Positions 1-11,531 of a stretch of DNA of 64,000 nucleotides are shown here, one piece after another. Positions within the stretch are counted from its first letter, which is position 1, and each line of letters begins with the position of its first letter. A model generated the notes under the pieces. It did no database searches. It was not told the DNA's origin and worked only from the letters and a program-made list of their open reading frames with translations. The stretch lies in the NCBI GenBank assembly GCA_963827275.1, contig CAWHAA010000001.1, positions 1 to 64,000 of the forward strand, written 5' to 3'. The position numbers were made by a program, and so were the translations under genes. Source of the stretch: an uncultured Spirochaetota bacterium. GTDB taxonomy: Bacteria; Spirochaetota; UBA4802; UBA5550.

Positions 1-76
1 TTATATGGCATCGCCGGATGTACGGTTCTTGTTATTTCAACGTGGTGTTTCACAAAACTTCAGGAAGGATTTTCCG

Positions 77-1287
77 ATGTACTCTGACCCTCTGGTGACA
101 CTTGTTAACATCGGGAAGAGATACCCCGACCACCGGCTTGAGATGGCTGTTGAACAAAATCGGCGTTCGCGGCATGGACTCGTGGAACGAGGTGCTCAAA
201 GATTGCTCGTTTTCCATCCGCCCCGGCGAATCGGTCGGCATCATGGGAAGAAACGGCAGCGGCAAATCCACCCTGGTGCAGATGATCGCCGGCACGACAT
301 CCGATCACGGCGGGCACCATTTACCGGAGAGGGCGGATAGGCGCGATGCTCGATCTTACCACGGGATTCAGGCCTGAATTAACGGGACGGCAGAGCATAT
401 ACCTCGCGGGCGCGCTTGCGGGACTGCGGCAGGGATCAGATGGACCGCCTGGTTCCGCTCATCGCCGAATTCTCGGAGGCGCAGTCGATGCTCGACAGGC
501 CGCTGGCGCATTACTCGTCGGGAACATGGCTCCGGGTGGCGTTCGCGGCGCAGACCTTCATAGAGTATGATCTGCTCATCGTCGACGAGGCCCTCCAGGT
601 CGGCGACATCTTTTTCCGCCAGAAATGCACGACCCGCATCAAGGAGCTGTTTGCCAGGGGGACCGCGCTGCTTCTGGTTTCCCATGATCCCTCGGTGCTC
701 CGCGAGCTCTGTTCGCGCGGGATCGTGCTCAACAACAACACGATAGCCTTTGACGGGCCCGATTGACGACGCATTGCGGTACTATTTCAGGTCTTCCGCA
801 GCGAGAACAGCGCCGTACAAGCCGGGACCGACGTAATGCGAAACGGATACGCATGAATATGAGATACTGGCGGTGGACGTGCGTGACGCCGCCGGCGGCC
901 GCGGGAAATGTTTACGATAGGGGATGAGGCGGTGTTCCGCATCCGCTTCACCGGAGGGCCGGAGCTCAGCCGATCACAGGATAATCCTGCGAATTGAAGG
1001 ACCGGTTCGGCAGCCATGTGTCGACCCTCTATTCCGACCGGTATGAAGAATTGCCGGACAGCGCAGGAAACACGCGGGCATGTCATTTGTTTTCAGGGTC
1101 AGGCTTGACCTGGAAGGCCGGTGAATACACGTACCAGGCCAGTATCGGCCGGGCGGTGCGGCCCAACGGTACGGACATATCATCGAGTTCGGGCTGGAAG
1201 GGCCCGATCATTATAGACTGGAATTATGCGGAACAGGCCCGCACCCTTCCTGGGGAAATTCGGGATTGCCGCCACCGGATATCTTGA
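77..1287 (+). CDS. Polysaccharide ABC exporter ATP-binding subunit (Wzt/RfbB-like) with C-terminal domain; split over several frames
   Basis: Fragments in different frames: Walker [10 protein letters not shown] (ORF 102-377), [12 protein letters not shown] (346-570), YSSG..LRVAFA and [25 protein letters not shown] (416-766), C-terminal KDRFG..GEYT (994-1287). Ends approximate. Frameshifts are probably sequencing errors. Confidence 0.8.
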
Positions 1288-1304
1288 CGGCACGGAGAGA
1301 TCGG

Positions 1305-2330
1305 AATGAGCAGAGGCGGGGGACGAACAGGCGAGTCGGGTCATTCGCGGACCTAGTGCGGAAGGTTGTCTCGATGCGGGAGCATCCAGATTGTTGCGGC
1401 TGGGCGGCATTATCCTGCGTACGGCTCTTTACAAGACCGGTTGCCGTCTCGAGATTTTCAGGCAGTACGAGCCGCGTCCCCTGATGCAGCCTGAAACGCC
1501 GGGGGCAGGCCGGACCCACACACGCTCTTTCGATAGCTATCGTAACGCCCTCGTTCAACCAGGGGCGATTCATCGAAAAGACGATGCAGAGCGTGCTGTC
1601 GCAGAATTATCCCCTTCTGCAGTACGCGGTACAGGACGGCGGGTCCTCTGACGAGACGGTGACGATACTGGAGGCGGTATGGCCCCCGCCTTACACGCTG
1701 GGAATCCCGCAAAGACGGCGGGCAGGCCGACGCGATAAACCGCGGTTTCTCGCATATATCGGGCGACGTGATGGCATATCTCAACTCGGACGACATCCTG
1801 CTTGGCGGCGCGCTCGATTACGTCGCGGCTTATTTCAGCGCACACCCGGAGGTGGACGTCATATACGGCCATCGTATAATAATCGACGAGGAGGACCGCG
1901 AAATCGGAAGATGGATACTGCCCCGCCATGACAGGCGTGTTATCCGCTGGTCGGATTATATTCCCCAGGAAACCATGTTCTGGCGCCGGAGGATATGGGA
2001 AGCCGCCGGCGGCCGTCTTGATGAGAGTTTTCAATTCGCCATGGACTGGGACCTGATACTCAGGTTTGATGACGCGGGCGCGGTGTTCCGGCGCGTGCCG
2101 GCGTTCCTGGCGGCCTTCAGGCACCATGCCGGCCAAAAAACGATTTCCGCGATGGACACCGGCATACAGGGAAATCACGATGATTAGAAAACGGCTCCAC
2201 GGCGGGATAGTCGACGGCCGTATTATTGGAACTGGCGGTGCTGCCGTATAAATGCCGCCATGTCGTCTACGCGGCTATGTATCGCGCCGGAGAGATGGTC
2301 CACCGTTTAATGCGATCCGGAAGAAAATAA
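1305..2330 (+). CDS. Glycosyltransferase family 2 (frameshifted)
   Basis: SIAIVTPSFNQG-like start near 1530, SVLSQNYP..VQDGGSSDET (1584), MAYLNSDD..PQETMFWRR..FAMDWDL (1768-2187). Ends approximate. Confidence 0.8.
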
Positions 2331-2354
2331 TAAGGGAACTGAGATATCAGTCAT

Positions 2355-3420
2355 ATGGATAAGAATTCAAGAATATTCGTGGCGGGCCACTGGGGCTGGT
2401 GGGTTCGGCGATCGTTCGGCGATTGACAAGCTCCGGGTATACAGAACCTTATCACAAGAACGCATGAGCGACATGGACCTCACGCGCCAGGATTTGACGG
2501 AACGCTTTTTCCTGCGAGGAACGGCCCGACTACGTGTTCCTCGCTGCGGCAAAGGTCGGCGGCATCATGGCGAACATGCGTATACCGCTGAATTCATTTA
2601 TCAGAATCTCGCCATCGCCATGCAATGTCATACATGCGGCCTATCTCAGCGGCACATCATCGCTCCTGAACCTCGGTTCGTCATGCATATATCCCCGCTC
2701 GGCTCTCACAGCCGATCAAAGAGGAATGTCTTCTGACCGGGCCTCTGGAGCCCACCAATGAACCCTATGCGATTGCCAAGATAGCGGCGCTGAAGCTGTG
2801 CCGCTATTATAATGCCCAGTACGGCGACCAGGTACCTGTCCGTCATGCCGACGAACCTGTACGGCATGAACGACCATTTTAACCTGGAAACATCCCATGT
2901 GCTGCCGTCGCTGATCCGTAAATTTCATCTCGCCAGACTGCTCCGCATGAATAACTTCACGGACCTGAGGTCCGACCTGGCGAAAGAGGCGCTCGGATTC
3001 GGCGCGGACGCCAGGATCGACACTCATTCTCCGGATTCCATGTCGTCCGTGCTGGCCGAGCTGGGAATAACCTCCAAAGCCGTCAAGCTCTGGGGGAGCG
3101 GAGAAGTACGACGCGAATTTCTGCATGTCGATGATCTTGCCGCGGCATGCGTGTATATGATGGAGCGGTATGGCCGGACAGATTCTGAAGAGATCATCAA
3201 TATAGGGAGCGGCAGCGATATGTCCATTAATGAAATGGCCTCGCTGATAAAGGGCATTGTCGGGTTTGATGGAGAAATCGGACATGATGCTTCAAAACCG
3301 GACGGTATGGCGAGAAAACTTATGGATAATTCGCGGGCCGCATCACTGGGATGGAAACCCGCCATCGGCCTGGAAGAAGGCATTAAAAAAACATACGAAT
3401 GGTACCTGTCCCGGCCATGA
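2355..3420 (+). CDS. fcl: GDP-L-fucose synthase (frameshifted in 5' half)
   Basis: [12 protein letters not shown] start, [46 protein letters not shown]...[35 protein letters not shown]. Confidence 0.9.
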
Positions 3421-3524
3421 CACCTGCGCCTTCCGCAAGCCGGGTTCTGAACACTCAGTATTAATCACTAATTATACTTGACTGATTCCTGCCATCTTCG
3501 TGGACTGAGCTGTCACTATGTTAC

Positions 3525-4283
3525 ATGCAAACAGCGATCATGACTGAAGAAAATAACACCGCCCAAAAACCGTTGCTTCCGATTCCGCCCGCGGCTGAAA
3601 AAATTCACGCCGACATCGTAAAGATACTGCGGGGGATCCTGGACGCGCACTATCCTGATTGCGACAACGAAGATTTCCGCCGGTCATACCTGGACGCGAT
3701 GATGCTGTATGACGAGTACCAGCGTGAAGCCGTCGCCGCCTCCGGGGACGCGCTTGCCTGCCGCGCGGGGTGCTGGATCTGCTGCTGTCATTACGCGGAG
3801 GACGTGTATTCCTTCGAGGCGGCGATAATCGCGTCCCGCGTAAAACAGCTGCCCGCGGCGGCACGGGCGCGGATCGAAGAATCGTGCGAAAAGGCCGTGT
3901 ACCGTATCGAGCGCCTGAAGAAAATCGTCCTTGAGAAGCTGTCGCTTGATGAATACAAGTCCCTCTCCGGGGAATCCGATCCCGACGAGATCCTCTTAAA
4001 CAGCTATTACCAGCTCAGGAACCGGTGCCCGTTCCTCGATGAAACAGACGGCTGCGCGATCTACCAGATCAGGCCCCTGACCTGCAGGGCATATATAAAT
4101 CTCGGGGACCCGTCCGTATGCCCGCCCGAGATGATCAACGAGGCTGACACGGTGACATACATACTGGACCTCGACGACGAGGCCAACGACTTGCTGGACG
4201 AACTGCACTTCCGCTATGAAAAATATCCGGAGGACACGGCCCTCTGCTCGCTTGTCCTGAAATACCTGTCTGAAGATGAATAA
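3525..4283 (+). CDS. YkgJ/CxxCxxCC-family cysteine-cluster (Fe-S or Zn) protein
   Basis: CRAGCWICC and CPFLDETDGCAIYQIRPLTCRAY motifs. Confidence 0.8.
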   Translation: MQTAIMTEENNTAQKPLLPIPPAAEKIHADIVKILRGILDAHYPDCDNEDFRRSYLDAMMLYDEYQREAVAASGDALACRAGCWICCCHYAEDVYSFEAAIIASRVKQLPAAARARIEESCEKAVYRIERLKKIVLEKLSLDEYKSLSGESDPDEILLNSYYQLRNRCPFLDETDGCAIYQIRPLTCRAYINLGDPSVCPPEMINEADTVTYILDLDDEANDLLDELHFRYEKYPEDTALCSLVLKYLSEDE

Positions 4284-4625
4284 CGGACCGTTTCGCAGCA
4301 CGACGGCGGCGGCACGGATAATCTTTAAAAATATTCCGGGAGCGGGACGCGGCCATGATATCCATGAATTGTATTTTTTTATATTTAAGATAGAATTGAT
4401 TGGACAGAAACTGACAGAAAAAGAAAATGAATATAAATATGAATTTTCGCAACCAGGTCACGATTAATTCTGTCTGTACTAATAGGTGCTACATATTCAT
4501 ATCTCCATAAGAATCTCCCCAGTAATGCACCACTGCCATTGTGATTATCGGGCCGATAGAGAAGATAACTCTTATGCCGTGAATATGTTGTGCTGCAGAT
4601 ACACATTATCAAGCAAGGAACTACC

Positions 4626-6377
4626 ATGCCATCAGAAACACTTCATTCGCCTGAAAAAAAATCAAACATCCTTTTAACGAGCGTTTTCGGCCCCTATGCC
4701 CGGGACGATGAATATGGCAGCAGGAAGATCAATCCCATGGAGCTCTTCCACAACCAGGTGACCCGCGTGCAGGGCCCTTTTTCCCTGCGCATGTTCCACC
4801 CGTCGATGGGACTGAAGCTGATAATGGAAAACATCAATTCACCCTGCGCCATACTGGATTTTCCGGACCTGGACCGCTTCATCGCAGAATTGAAAAGCAC
4901 ACCGTATGATATCATCGGCATCAGTTCTATTTATCCGAACCTCGGCAAAGTGGAAAAAATGTGCGCCCTCATACGCGAACACCAGCCCCGCGCCACGATA
5001 GTCGTGGGCGGCCACCTCGCCAACGTGCCCGGCATCGGCGACCGTATAGACGCGGACCACATAGTGAAGGGCGAAGGCGTCCGCTGGTTCAGGAGGTTCC
5101 TCGGCGAAGACGAGGACGCCCCCATCAGGCATCCCGCGGCAGTATCCGCCTTCGGCAACAGGATCCTGGGCATTCCATTGCCCGGCCGCCGCGGGGATGT
5201 GGCGGCGGTCCTGATCCCTTCAGTGGGGTGCCCCATGGGCTGCAATTTCTGCGCGACGTCCCACATGTTCGGGGGAAAGGGCAAGTCCGTCAATTTTTAC
5301 GAGACGGGGGACGAGCTCTACGCCATACTGTGCGATCTTGAAAAAAAGCTCAGGGCCCGCTCTTTTTTTATTATGGATGAAAATTTCATGCTGCATAAAA
5401 AACGCGCCCTGCGGCTGCTTGAATTGATGACACTCAACGACAAGACCTGGACGTTCAGCATCTTCACTTCAGCCAGGGTAATACAGTCATACACCGACGA
5501 GCAGCTGGTGCGGTTCGGCATTTCCTGGGTATGGATGGGGCTTGAAGGAGAAAACAGCTGCTACACAAAGCTCGACGGCGTTGACACCATGTCGCTGGTG
5601 GACCATCTTCAGTCACTGGGCATCCGCGTGCTGGGCTCGACCATCATCGGCCTCGAGCGCCATTCGCCTGAAAACATACAGGGCGCCATAGACTGGGCGG
5701 TGCGCCACAATACCGTGTTCCATCAATTCATGCTGTACACGCCTGTCGCGGGAACGCCGCTCTATGAAGAGCACAGAAAGAACGGGACGCTGCTGCCGGA
5801 AGAAGAATGCCCGCCGGCCGATGCCCACGGGCAGTACCGTTTCAATTTCCGGCATCCCAATTTCAGCAACCAGGAGGAAACCGATCTTCTCCTTGCCGCC
5901 TTCAACCGCGATTTTGAAACAAACGGACCGAGCGTGCTGCGCCTCATCCGCACCATGCTCTCGGGGTGGAAAAATCTTAAAAATCACCCGGACCCATGCG
6001 TTAAAAAACGTTTGAAGCGGGAAAGCATGCTGCTCAAGACTTCCTTTTCCGGCGCCGTCTGGGCAATGAAACGCTGGTACCGTCATGATCCCCTTATGCG
6101 TGATACCGTCTCAACTCTTTTAACAGACCTGTATGATGAATTCGGCTGGAAGACCAGGATTATGGCAGCGGTTACGGGAATGTTCTCATACCTGTGCATC
6201 GCCATGGAGGACAGAAGGCTTGCCCGCGGCTGGACGTATGAGCCGACGACCCGGTACGAAGACAATACCGCCAGGCTGGCACTGCAGATGAATGCGCGGC
6301 AGGCCCCTGCGCCATCACCGGTGCATGGTGTTTTGCAGCGGGAGAAAGAGTTTCTGGCCCCTTCGGTAACGGAATAG
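4626..6377 (+). CDS. Cobalamin (B12)-binding radical SAM protein
   Basis: N-terminal B12-binding-like segment (DIIGISS..IVVGGH..GEG), radical SAM motif GCPMGCNFC, FIMDENF; RBS-like AAGGAA before ATG 4626. Confidence 0.88.
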   Translation: MPSETLHSPEKKSNILLTSVFGPYARDDEYGSRKINPMELFHNQVTRVQGPFSLRMFHPSMGLKLIMENINSPCAILDFPDLDRFIAELKSTPYDIIGISSIYPNLGKVEKMCALIREHQPRATIVVGGHLANVPGIGDRIDADHIVKGEGVRWFRRFLGEDEDAPIRHPAAVSAFGNRILGIPLPGRRGDVAAVLIPSVGCPMGCNFCATSHMFGGKGKSVNFYETGDELYAILCDLEKKLRARSFFIMDENFMLHKKRALRLLELMTLNDKTWTFSIFTSARVIQSYTDEQLVRFGISWVWMGLEGENSCYTKLDGVDTMSLVDHLQSLGIRVLGSTIIGLERHSPENIQGAIDWAVRHNTVFHQFMLYTPVAGTPLYEEHRKNGTLLPEEECPPADAHGQYRFNFRHPNFSNQEETDLLLAAFNRDFETNGPSVLRLIRTMLSGWKNLKNHPDPCVKKRLKRESMLLKTSFSGAVWAMKRWYRHDPLMRDTVSTLLTDLYDEFGWKTRIMAAVTGMFSYLCIAMEDRRLARGWTYEPTTRYEDNTARLALQMNARQAPAPSPVHGVLQREKEFLAPSVTE

Positions 6378-6383
6378 CATGCG

Positions 6384-6423
6384 TTCGTATCAGCGATAGA
6401 TGTCATGGCGCCGCTGATACGAA
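6384..6423. terminator. Inverted repeat directly after the radical SAM stop (possible terminator or stabilising stem)
   Basis: TTCGTATCAGCG ... CGCTGATACGAA 12-bp stem; no clear U-tract. Confidence 0.4.
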
Positions 6424-6673
6424 GCCAGAAGAACTAGCGGACATAAAAAAATAAATGGGCGCCCCTGTGGCCGCGCCGCGTCCGGCTTCACATGAACCAG
6501 CGAAATATATCAACGGTTACAAGAAATGACTTGCAACTACAGCTCGTCCCGTATAGTTGTATTATTACAGCACTATAATAGAAAAAGTGAAATACAACCG
6601 GCCCTGGCTGTCCGTGACACGGACCTATGCCGCGCAGGGGAAACCGCCACGGCCGCGGAAACAGAAGGAGAAT

Positions 6674-6877
6674 ATGAAAAATAAAGCGTCGAGTAAATTT
6701 GTAATTATCAACCAGACGGAAAGTGAATATACTATAACCTTTCGGGACTGGGTGCAATTCCGGCAAGCCGTGCAGGAACTTTCCGACCAGAAATTTGATG
6801 TCTTTTCCCTTGACGAGCGCGGCCGGGCCTGCCTTATCGAAAAATCAAATCTATTCGCCCAGGCCCCCCAGGCATAG
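6674..6877 (+). CDS. Small hypothetical protein (67 aa)
   Basis: AGAAGGAG RBS before ATG 6674; plausible globular sequence MKNKASSKFVIINQTESEY... Confidence 0.6.
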   Translation: MKNKASSKFVIINQTESEYTITFRDWVQFRQAVQELSDQKFDVFSLDERGRACLIEKSNLFAQAPQA

Positions 6878-6953
6878 GCCCCTTTTACCTCAAGGAATTT
6901 CTACCTCATACTGCGCCGCAGCTGGACGCATGCGACAGTACCCGCATACCGTT

Positions 6954-7724
6954 ATGGGCCACATTAATGACATCTCCCTCTTTTCGAAGGTCCGCGACAG
7001 GGACCTGAAGCGCGAGGGGATCCTCATCGCCGAGGGAAGGCACCTGGCGGGCCGCCTCCTGGACTCAGGCCTCGAGGTCCTCTCCCTGCTCTGCGGCGAA
7101 CGGATGGCGGATGAATTCCGCGACCGTGCCCGGGGCAGATGCCCCCTCCACGTCCTGGACAATGACGCAATTGAGGGCCTGGCGGGATTTCCCTTCCACC
7201 GCGGCGTTATGGCCGCGGCGGCGCGGCCCGTCATCGTCCCCCTCGAGCGGTTCCTTGCGGAAAGCGCCTTCTGCAGAAACCTCGTGATCTGCCCGCGACT
7301 TTCCGGCGATGAAAACCTGGGGAGCATCATCCGCACCTCCGCGGCCCTGGGCGCCGACGCGGTGGTCATCGGTCCGCGAAGCTGCGATCCCTTCAGCCGA
7401 AAGGCCCTCAAGGCCTCCATGGGCGGGGCGTTTTCAATCCCCATCGTCGCCATGGATGAGGGAGAGAGCCCCTTTGCGCTGCTGAAGCGGCACGGTTTTA
7501 CCATATACGGCGCGTCCACGGGCGGGGCCTCGATCCCCCTTCACGCGGCAGGGCCGTCGGAGAAGCGGGCCGCGGTATTCGGCAACGAGGCCGAGGGGCT
7601 TCCTGAAGGCATCGCATCGCGCTGCGACATGATCATCCATGTCCCCATGCACCACAATACCGATTCGCTGAACGTGGCCGTGGCAGCGGGGATCGTCCTC
7701 TACGCCCTGTTCGGGCAGCAGTAA
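6954..7724 (+). CDS. TrmH/SpoU-family RNA methyltransferase
   Basis: ENLGSIIRTSAALG, DPFSRKALKASMG, VFGNEAEGL, DSLNVAVAAGIVLY (SPOUT motifs); start approximate. Confidence 0.92.
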   Translation: MGHINDISLFSKVRDRDLKREGILIAEGRHLAGRLLDSGLEVLSLLCGERMADEFRDRARGRCPLHVLDNDAIEGLAGFPFHRGVMAAAARPVIVPLERFLAESAFCRNLVICPRLSGDENLGSIIRTSAALGADAVVIGPRSCDPFSRKALKASMGGAFSIPIVAMDEGESPFALLKRHGFTIYGASTGGASIPLHAAGPSEKRAAVFGNEAEGLPEGIASRCDMIIHVPMHHNTDSLNVAVAAGIVLYALFGQQ

Positions 7725-7807
7725 GCCCCGGCGGCCGCGTTATTTTATCTTGACGTAACCACCGGACGAATGCTTCATGTACCCCGCGCATGTCTGACGG
7801 CATTTAC

Positions 7808-9196
7808 ATGGAAGAAAAAAACCGAGCCACAAACGAAATTCACGGGATGTTCGAGGGGCCCATACTGCCCCTTGCGTTGAAGCTTTCCATCCCCTTCTTC
7901 ATCAGCAACGTCATCGGCCTCCTGTACCTCCTGATCGACACCTATTTTATCACGCTTATCGATCCCGGCTCCACGGCGCTCATCAGCGGGACCGGGCTGG
8001 TCTTCCCGGTTTACTTCCTCTTCCTCGCCCTGGGCATGGGGATCAACATCGGCGTGAGCAGCCTTGTCGCCCGCGCCATAGGGGAAAATAACCAGCCGGC
8101 GCTGGAGCGCGCGGCAGATTCGGGCCTTCTCATCGCGACCCTTATCGCGGTCGTGACCCTCACGCTGGGATACGCCCTCGGCAGCGACATCCTTCACTTC
8201 CTGGCCGGCTCCGAGCTCACGGAAGAGGCCATCGGGCACGGCCTGAGGTTCTTCTATTTCATCCTGCCGGCCCTGGGGCTGCTGCTGCTGGGGAACGTGC
8301 TTCTCGGCGTTCTGCAGGGCGAGGGCCTCACCAGGTACATCGCCACCGCATCGGTCCTCTCGGCCGTGGTGAACATCGCCCTGGACCCGCTGCTGATATT
8401 CTATTTCGGCATGGGCGTTGCGGGTGCGGGGCTCGCCACCTCGCTCGGGATCGTGGCGGCGGCCGTGTACGTTATCGGCATTTTCGTGAAGAAAAAATCC
8501 TCGATCCCGATACACTGGAACCTGATGAAGGCCAGGGCGAAGCTTATCCGGGAAATCGTGCGTGTCGGCTCGGTCCAGTCCCTCCAGATGGCCGCCATGT
8601 CGGTGACCTTCATGTTCCTCAACAACGTCGTTTCTTCCATCGGGCAGGACGCCATGAATTCCTGGGCGCTCTGCGGCAGGACCGACCAGATCATGTTCAT
8701 ACCCGCCTTCGCCATATCCGGCGCCACCATAAGCATGGTGGGGCAGAACTACGGGCGCGGCAACCTGGCGCGCGTGCAGCGCATTTACAGGGGGAACATA
8801 CTCCTCGGCCTGGCCATCGTGCTCGTGCTGGCGATCGTGTACAACATCGCGGCCGAAATGATCTTCTCCGGGTTCTCCAGCGTCGAAGGCGTCATACGCG
8901 GGAGCGTGTCCCAGGTGCGCGCCCTCTCCTTCACCTTCGCGGGCGTATCCACCGCCATGATATCCGCCTCCACCTTCCAGGCCACGGGAAAACCGCTTCC
9001 CGCGCTCCTCATCACCCTTATCAGGATGATCATCCTGGCAGTACCGGCGGCATACCTGCTGGTGCATGTCTTCGACATGAAGATGCCCGGCGTGTTCATC
9101 AGCCTTGCCGCGGGAAATGTTGTGGCGCTCCCCCTGTCGTGGGCCTGGACCAGGCTGCACCTGAAAAAGCTGAAGGTGCGGGCCATCGCCGGATAA
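7808..9196 (+). CDS. MATE-family efflux transporter
   Basis: About 12 hydrophobic segments; LYLLIDTYF, NIALDPLLI..MGVAGAGLAT, GQNYGRGN. Confidence 0.92.
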   Translation: MEEKNRATNEIHGMFEGPILPLALKLSIPFFISNVIGLLYLLIDTYFITLIDPGSTALISGTGLVFPVYFLFLALGMGINIGVSSLVARAIGENNQPALERAADSGLLIATLIAVVTLTLGYALGSDILHFLAGSELTEEAIGHGLRFFYFILPALGLLLLGNVLLGVLQGEGLTRYIATASVLSAVVNIALDPLLIFYFGMGVAGAGLATSLGIVAAAVYVIGIFVKKKSSIPIHWNLMKARAKLIREIVRVGSVQSLQMAAMSVTFMFLNNVVSSIGQDAMNSWALCGRTDQIMFIPAFAISGATISMVGQNYGRGNLARVQRIYRGNILLGLAIVLVLAIVYNIAAEMIFSGFSSVEGVIRGSVSQVRALSFTFAGVSTAMISASTFQATGKPLPALLITLIRMIILAVPAAYLLVHVFDMKMPGVFISLAAGNVVALPLSWAWTRLHLKKLKVRAIAG

Positions 9197-9328
9197 GGTT
9201 TGTCGTGGCGGCTCTTCCCGCAGGTTGCAGCGACCGCGGGTTGCGGGGCCGGCATGGTGCCGCCGGCGGCGGGCGCGTGTGTGATGGCGGTATCGTTATC
9301 TACGGCCGCCGGGCACAAGACGGGACCG

Positions 9329-10222
9329 TCAGTGAATGGCCACGTCGTTGACCAGTATCGTGATGATTTCGTTTATCTTTTCTTCCGCTTCGCTTGCATG
9401 AAAATGGCATGACCCCGCGCCCTTATGCCCGCCCCCGCCGTACCGCGACACAAGGTGCCCCAGGTGCACATTGTTCGAACGGCTGAAGATGTTCCGCCCG
9501 AGGCTGACTATCACCTTTTCCCTGTCGGCGCTGTCGTACCGTATCTTGACATCCACGAGCGAATCGGGGAACAGCGAATAAATCAGGAACCTGTTGCCCT
9601 TCGGCTCAACAGCGAGCGGGCGAAAGTCTGTTATGGTGATGTTCTGCTTCATTACCGTGTACTCTTTAAGCACGGCCCCGTATGCCCTGTCGCGTTCAAG
9701 AAGCCGGCGGCATTTCATCTGTACCTCGGCATCGCTCATCACCGCGGATATATCATGCTCGCTTAAAAGGCCGACCACCCTGTTCCAGTATGCTTCGTTG
9801 TCCCTGGCCGCGCCGGAAATCGTGAAGGCAAGCAGTATGTACGGATGCTGTTCCGGGTGAAGCACCTCGTGTATCGTGAACCCCGCCGAGTCCACCCTGT
9901 CGGTCTCGGCCACCAGCTCCGCGAAGTCCCTGGTAAACCGCCCGCGGTAATAGTCGTATATCACGCGCGCGGCCGAGGGCGCAAGCGCGAACGCCCCTTC
10001 GAATTCCACGGCAGGCGTGTTGGAGTAATGATGATCGAACCAGAGCGCGCAGCCGTCGACATACGGCAGATTGGCGATGATGTCCCCCTCCTTCACCATG
10101 CCCGCCCTGTCACTGAGCTCGTACGGCTCCACCCACGCAACGGGCTCCCGTATGCCGAGCACGTCCCTGAGCAGAACAGCGCACACCACGCCGTCAAAAT
10201 CCGGCCGCGTAATTATTCTCAT
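9329..10222 (-). CDS. DHH-family phosphoesterase (exopolyphosphatase/nanoRNase-like)
   Basis: TRPDFDG, WFDHH, C-terminal GGGGHKGAG. Confidence 0.85.
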   Translation of the reverse strand: MRIITRPDFDGVVCAVLLRDVLGIREPVAWVEPYELSDRAGMVKEGDIIANLPYVDGCALWFDHHYSNTPAVEFEGAFALAPSAARVIYDYYRGRFTRDFAELVAETDRVDSAGFTIHEVLHPEQHPYILLAFTISGAARDNEAYWNRVVGLLSEHDISAVMSDAEVQMKCRRLLERDRAYGAVLKEYTVMKQNITITDFRPLAVEPKGNRFLIYSLFPDSLVDVKIRYDSADREKVIVSLGRNIFSRSNNVHLGHLVSRYGGGGHKGAGSCHFHASEAEEKINEIITILVNDVAIH

Positions 10223-10514
10223 TATTGTTCCCTGTTTCCCGTATTTGTACCGGTTATCCTGTTACAGGACTGAATGAAATCAGACCGCACGGGGTGTCAA
10301 GCTATTATAACAGGCCATGTACATGCGATCGGATTTGACCGCAATACGAAGCATTATACCTTCAGGCCCCTTCAGCACAAAAAGCGCTGGACAGGGCCTT
10401 TGCCATGTAGTACCCGGTCTATCGTTACCGGCAACCCTGGCAGGACGGCGCGTCGTACCGGCCACAGGATTGCGGAGCTCCGGAATTTATAATTACAATA
10501 CCAGGAAAACCTTC

Positions 10515-11201
10515 ATGAGCGGAAAAAAATTCTACGCTGTCGCAAAGGGCAGAAAGCCCGGTATATACACAAACTGGCCTGAAGCCAAAATCCAGATCGA
10601 CGGATTCGCGGGAGCGCTCTACAAGGGGTTCGCCACCTACAGGGAAGCGGAGGAATGGCTGAAAAAACCGGTACTGCGCCGCGCGTCTCCGGGAAAAAGA
10701 CAGGAAGGCACCCGGACCCACAACGTGCATGACAGGGACAGGGTGACCATCTACACCGACGGCGGCTCCTCCGGCAACCCCGGCCCCGGCGGCTACGGCG
10801 CGATACAAATTTACGATGGAACGATCAAGGAGCGTACCGGCGGATTCAGGTTCACAACGAACAACCGCATGGAGCTCATGGGGGTTATCGTCGCCCTGAG
10901 AGAGCTTGAACACCGGGAGCTGCCCGTGACGGTTTACACCGACTCAAGCTATGTCGTAAATGGAATCACCAAGGGCTGGGCGAAAAAGTGGCGCAGCAAT
11001 AACTGGATCAAGGCGGACAAGCAGCCGGCGGTCAACCCCGACCTGTGGGGCGAGCTTCTCGACCTTACCGCAGAGCTCGATGTCACGTTCGTCTGGGTAA
11101 AGGGCCACGCGGGCAATGCCTACAACGAACGCTGCGATGAGCTTGCCGTAGATGCGGCCAAACGGAAGGGGCTCCCCGAAGACAGGGGCTACCGGGGCTG
11201 A
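10515..11201 (+). CDS. rnhA: Ribonuclease HI with N-terminal hybrid-binding (viroplasmin-like) domain
   Basis: KFYAVAKGRKPGIY..W N-domain; IYTDGGSSGNPGPGG, TTNNRMEL, TDSSY, WVKGHAG..NERCD. Confidence 0.93.
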   Translation: MSGKKFYAVAKGRKPGIYTNWPEAKIQIDGFAGALYKGFATYREAEEWLKKPVLRRASPGKRQEGTRTHNVHDRDRVTIYTDGGSSGNPGPGGYGAIQIYDGTIKERTGGFRFTTNNRMELMGVIVALRELEHRELPVTVYTDSSYVVNGITKGWAKKWRSNNWIKADKQPAVNPDLWGELLDLTAELDVTFVWVKGHAGNAYNERCDELAVDAAKRKGLPEDRGYRG

Positions 11202-11234
11202 TACGCGCCGGTGTTCACCTATAATTTTATTGAT

Positions 11235-11263
11235 TGACAAACGGACTTTTTATTCCATACTGA
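11235..11263 (+). promoter_or_regulatory. Putative sigma70 promoter about 270 nt upstream of the C69 peptidase
   Basis: TTGACA, ~17 nt spacer, CATACT in AT-rich intergenic DNA. Confidence 0.45.
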
Positions 11264-11531
11264 TTGCAGCATCCAACACTGTTTTTGCGTCCCTGTTCCC
11301 GTCCTTTGTCCATTGCGTGCGTTGCTGTCGTGATGACTCAGTATCTTTTGCAGTGCTTGCATAGATTGATGTCCGAAACGCAGAGGTCCGCACATGAGCC
11401 GGAAAAAAAACATCATAACATCCTTCGCCCGTCACGTTTCGCCGGGCAAAGCCGGCATCTGCACAAAATATGACAGGGTGCTCATCCCGGGAACGATAGA
11501 GCGATAACAACAAACAACAGCAGAGGCGCGT

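Noticed and set aside
4427..4510. 27-codon ORF (MNINMNFRNQVTINSVCTNRCYIFISP) as RiPP precursor for the B12 radical SAM
   Set aside because: No RBS, lies in AT-rich promoter DNA, and no RiPP transporter or protease is linked; probably chance
7775..9160. Long antisense or alternate-frame ORFs (also 30550-32049, 50982-52613, 55427-56371, 61886-62866, 26329-27399)
   Set aside because: Shadows of well-supported genes caused by high-GC codon bias; no motifs
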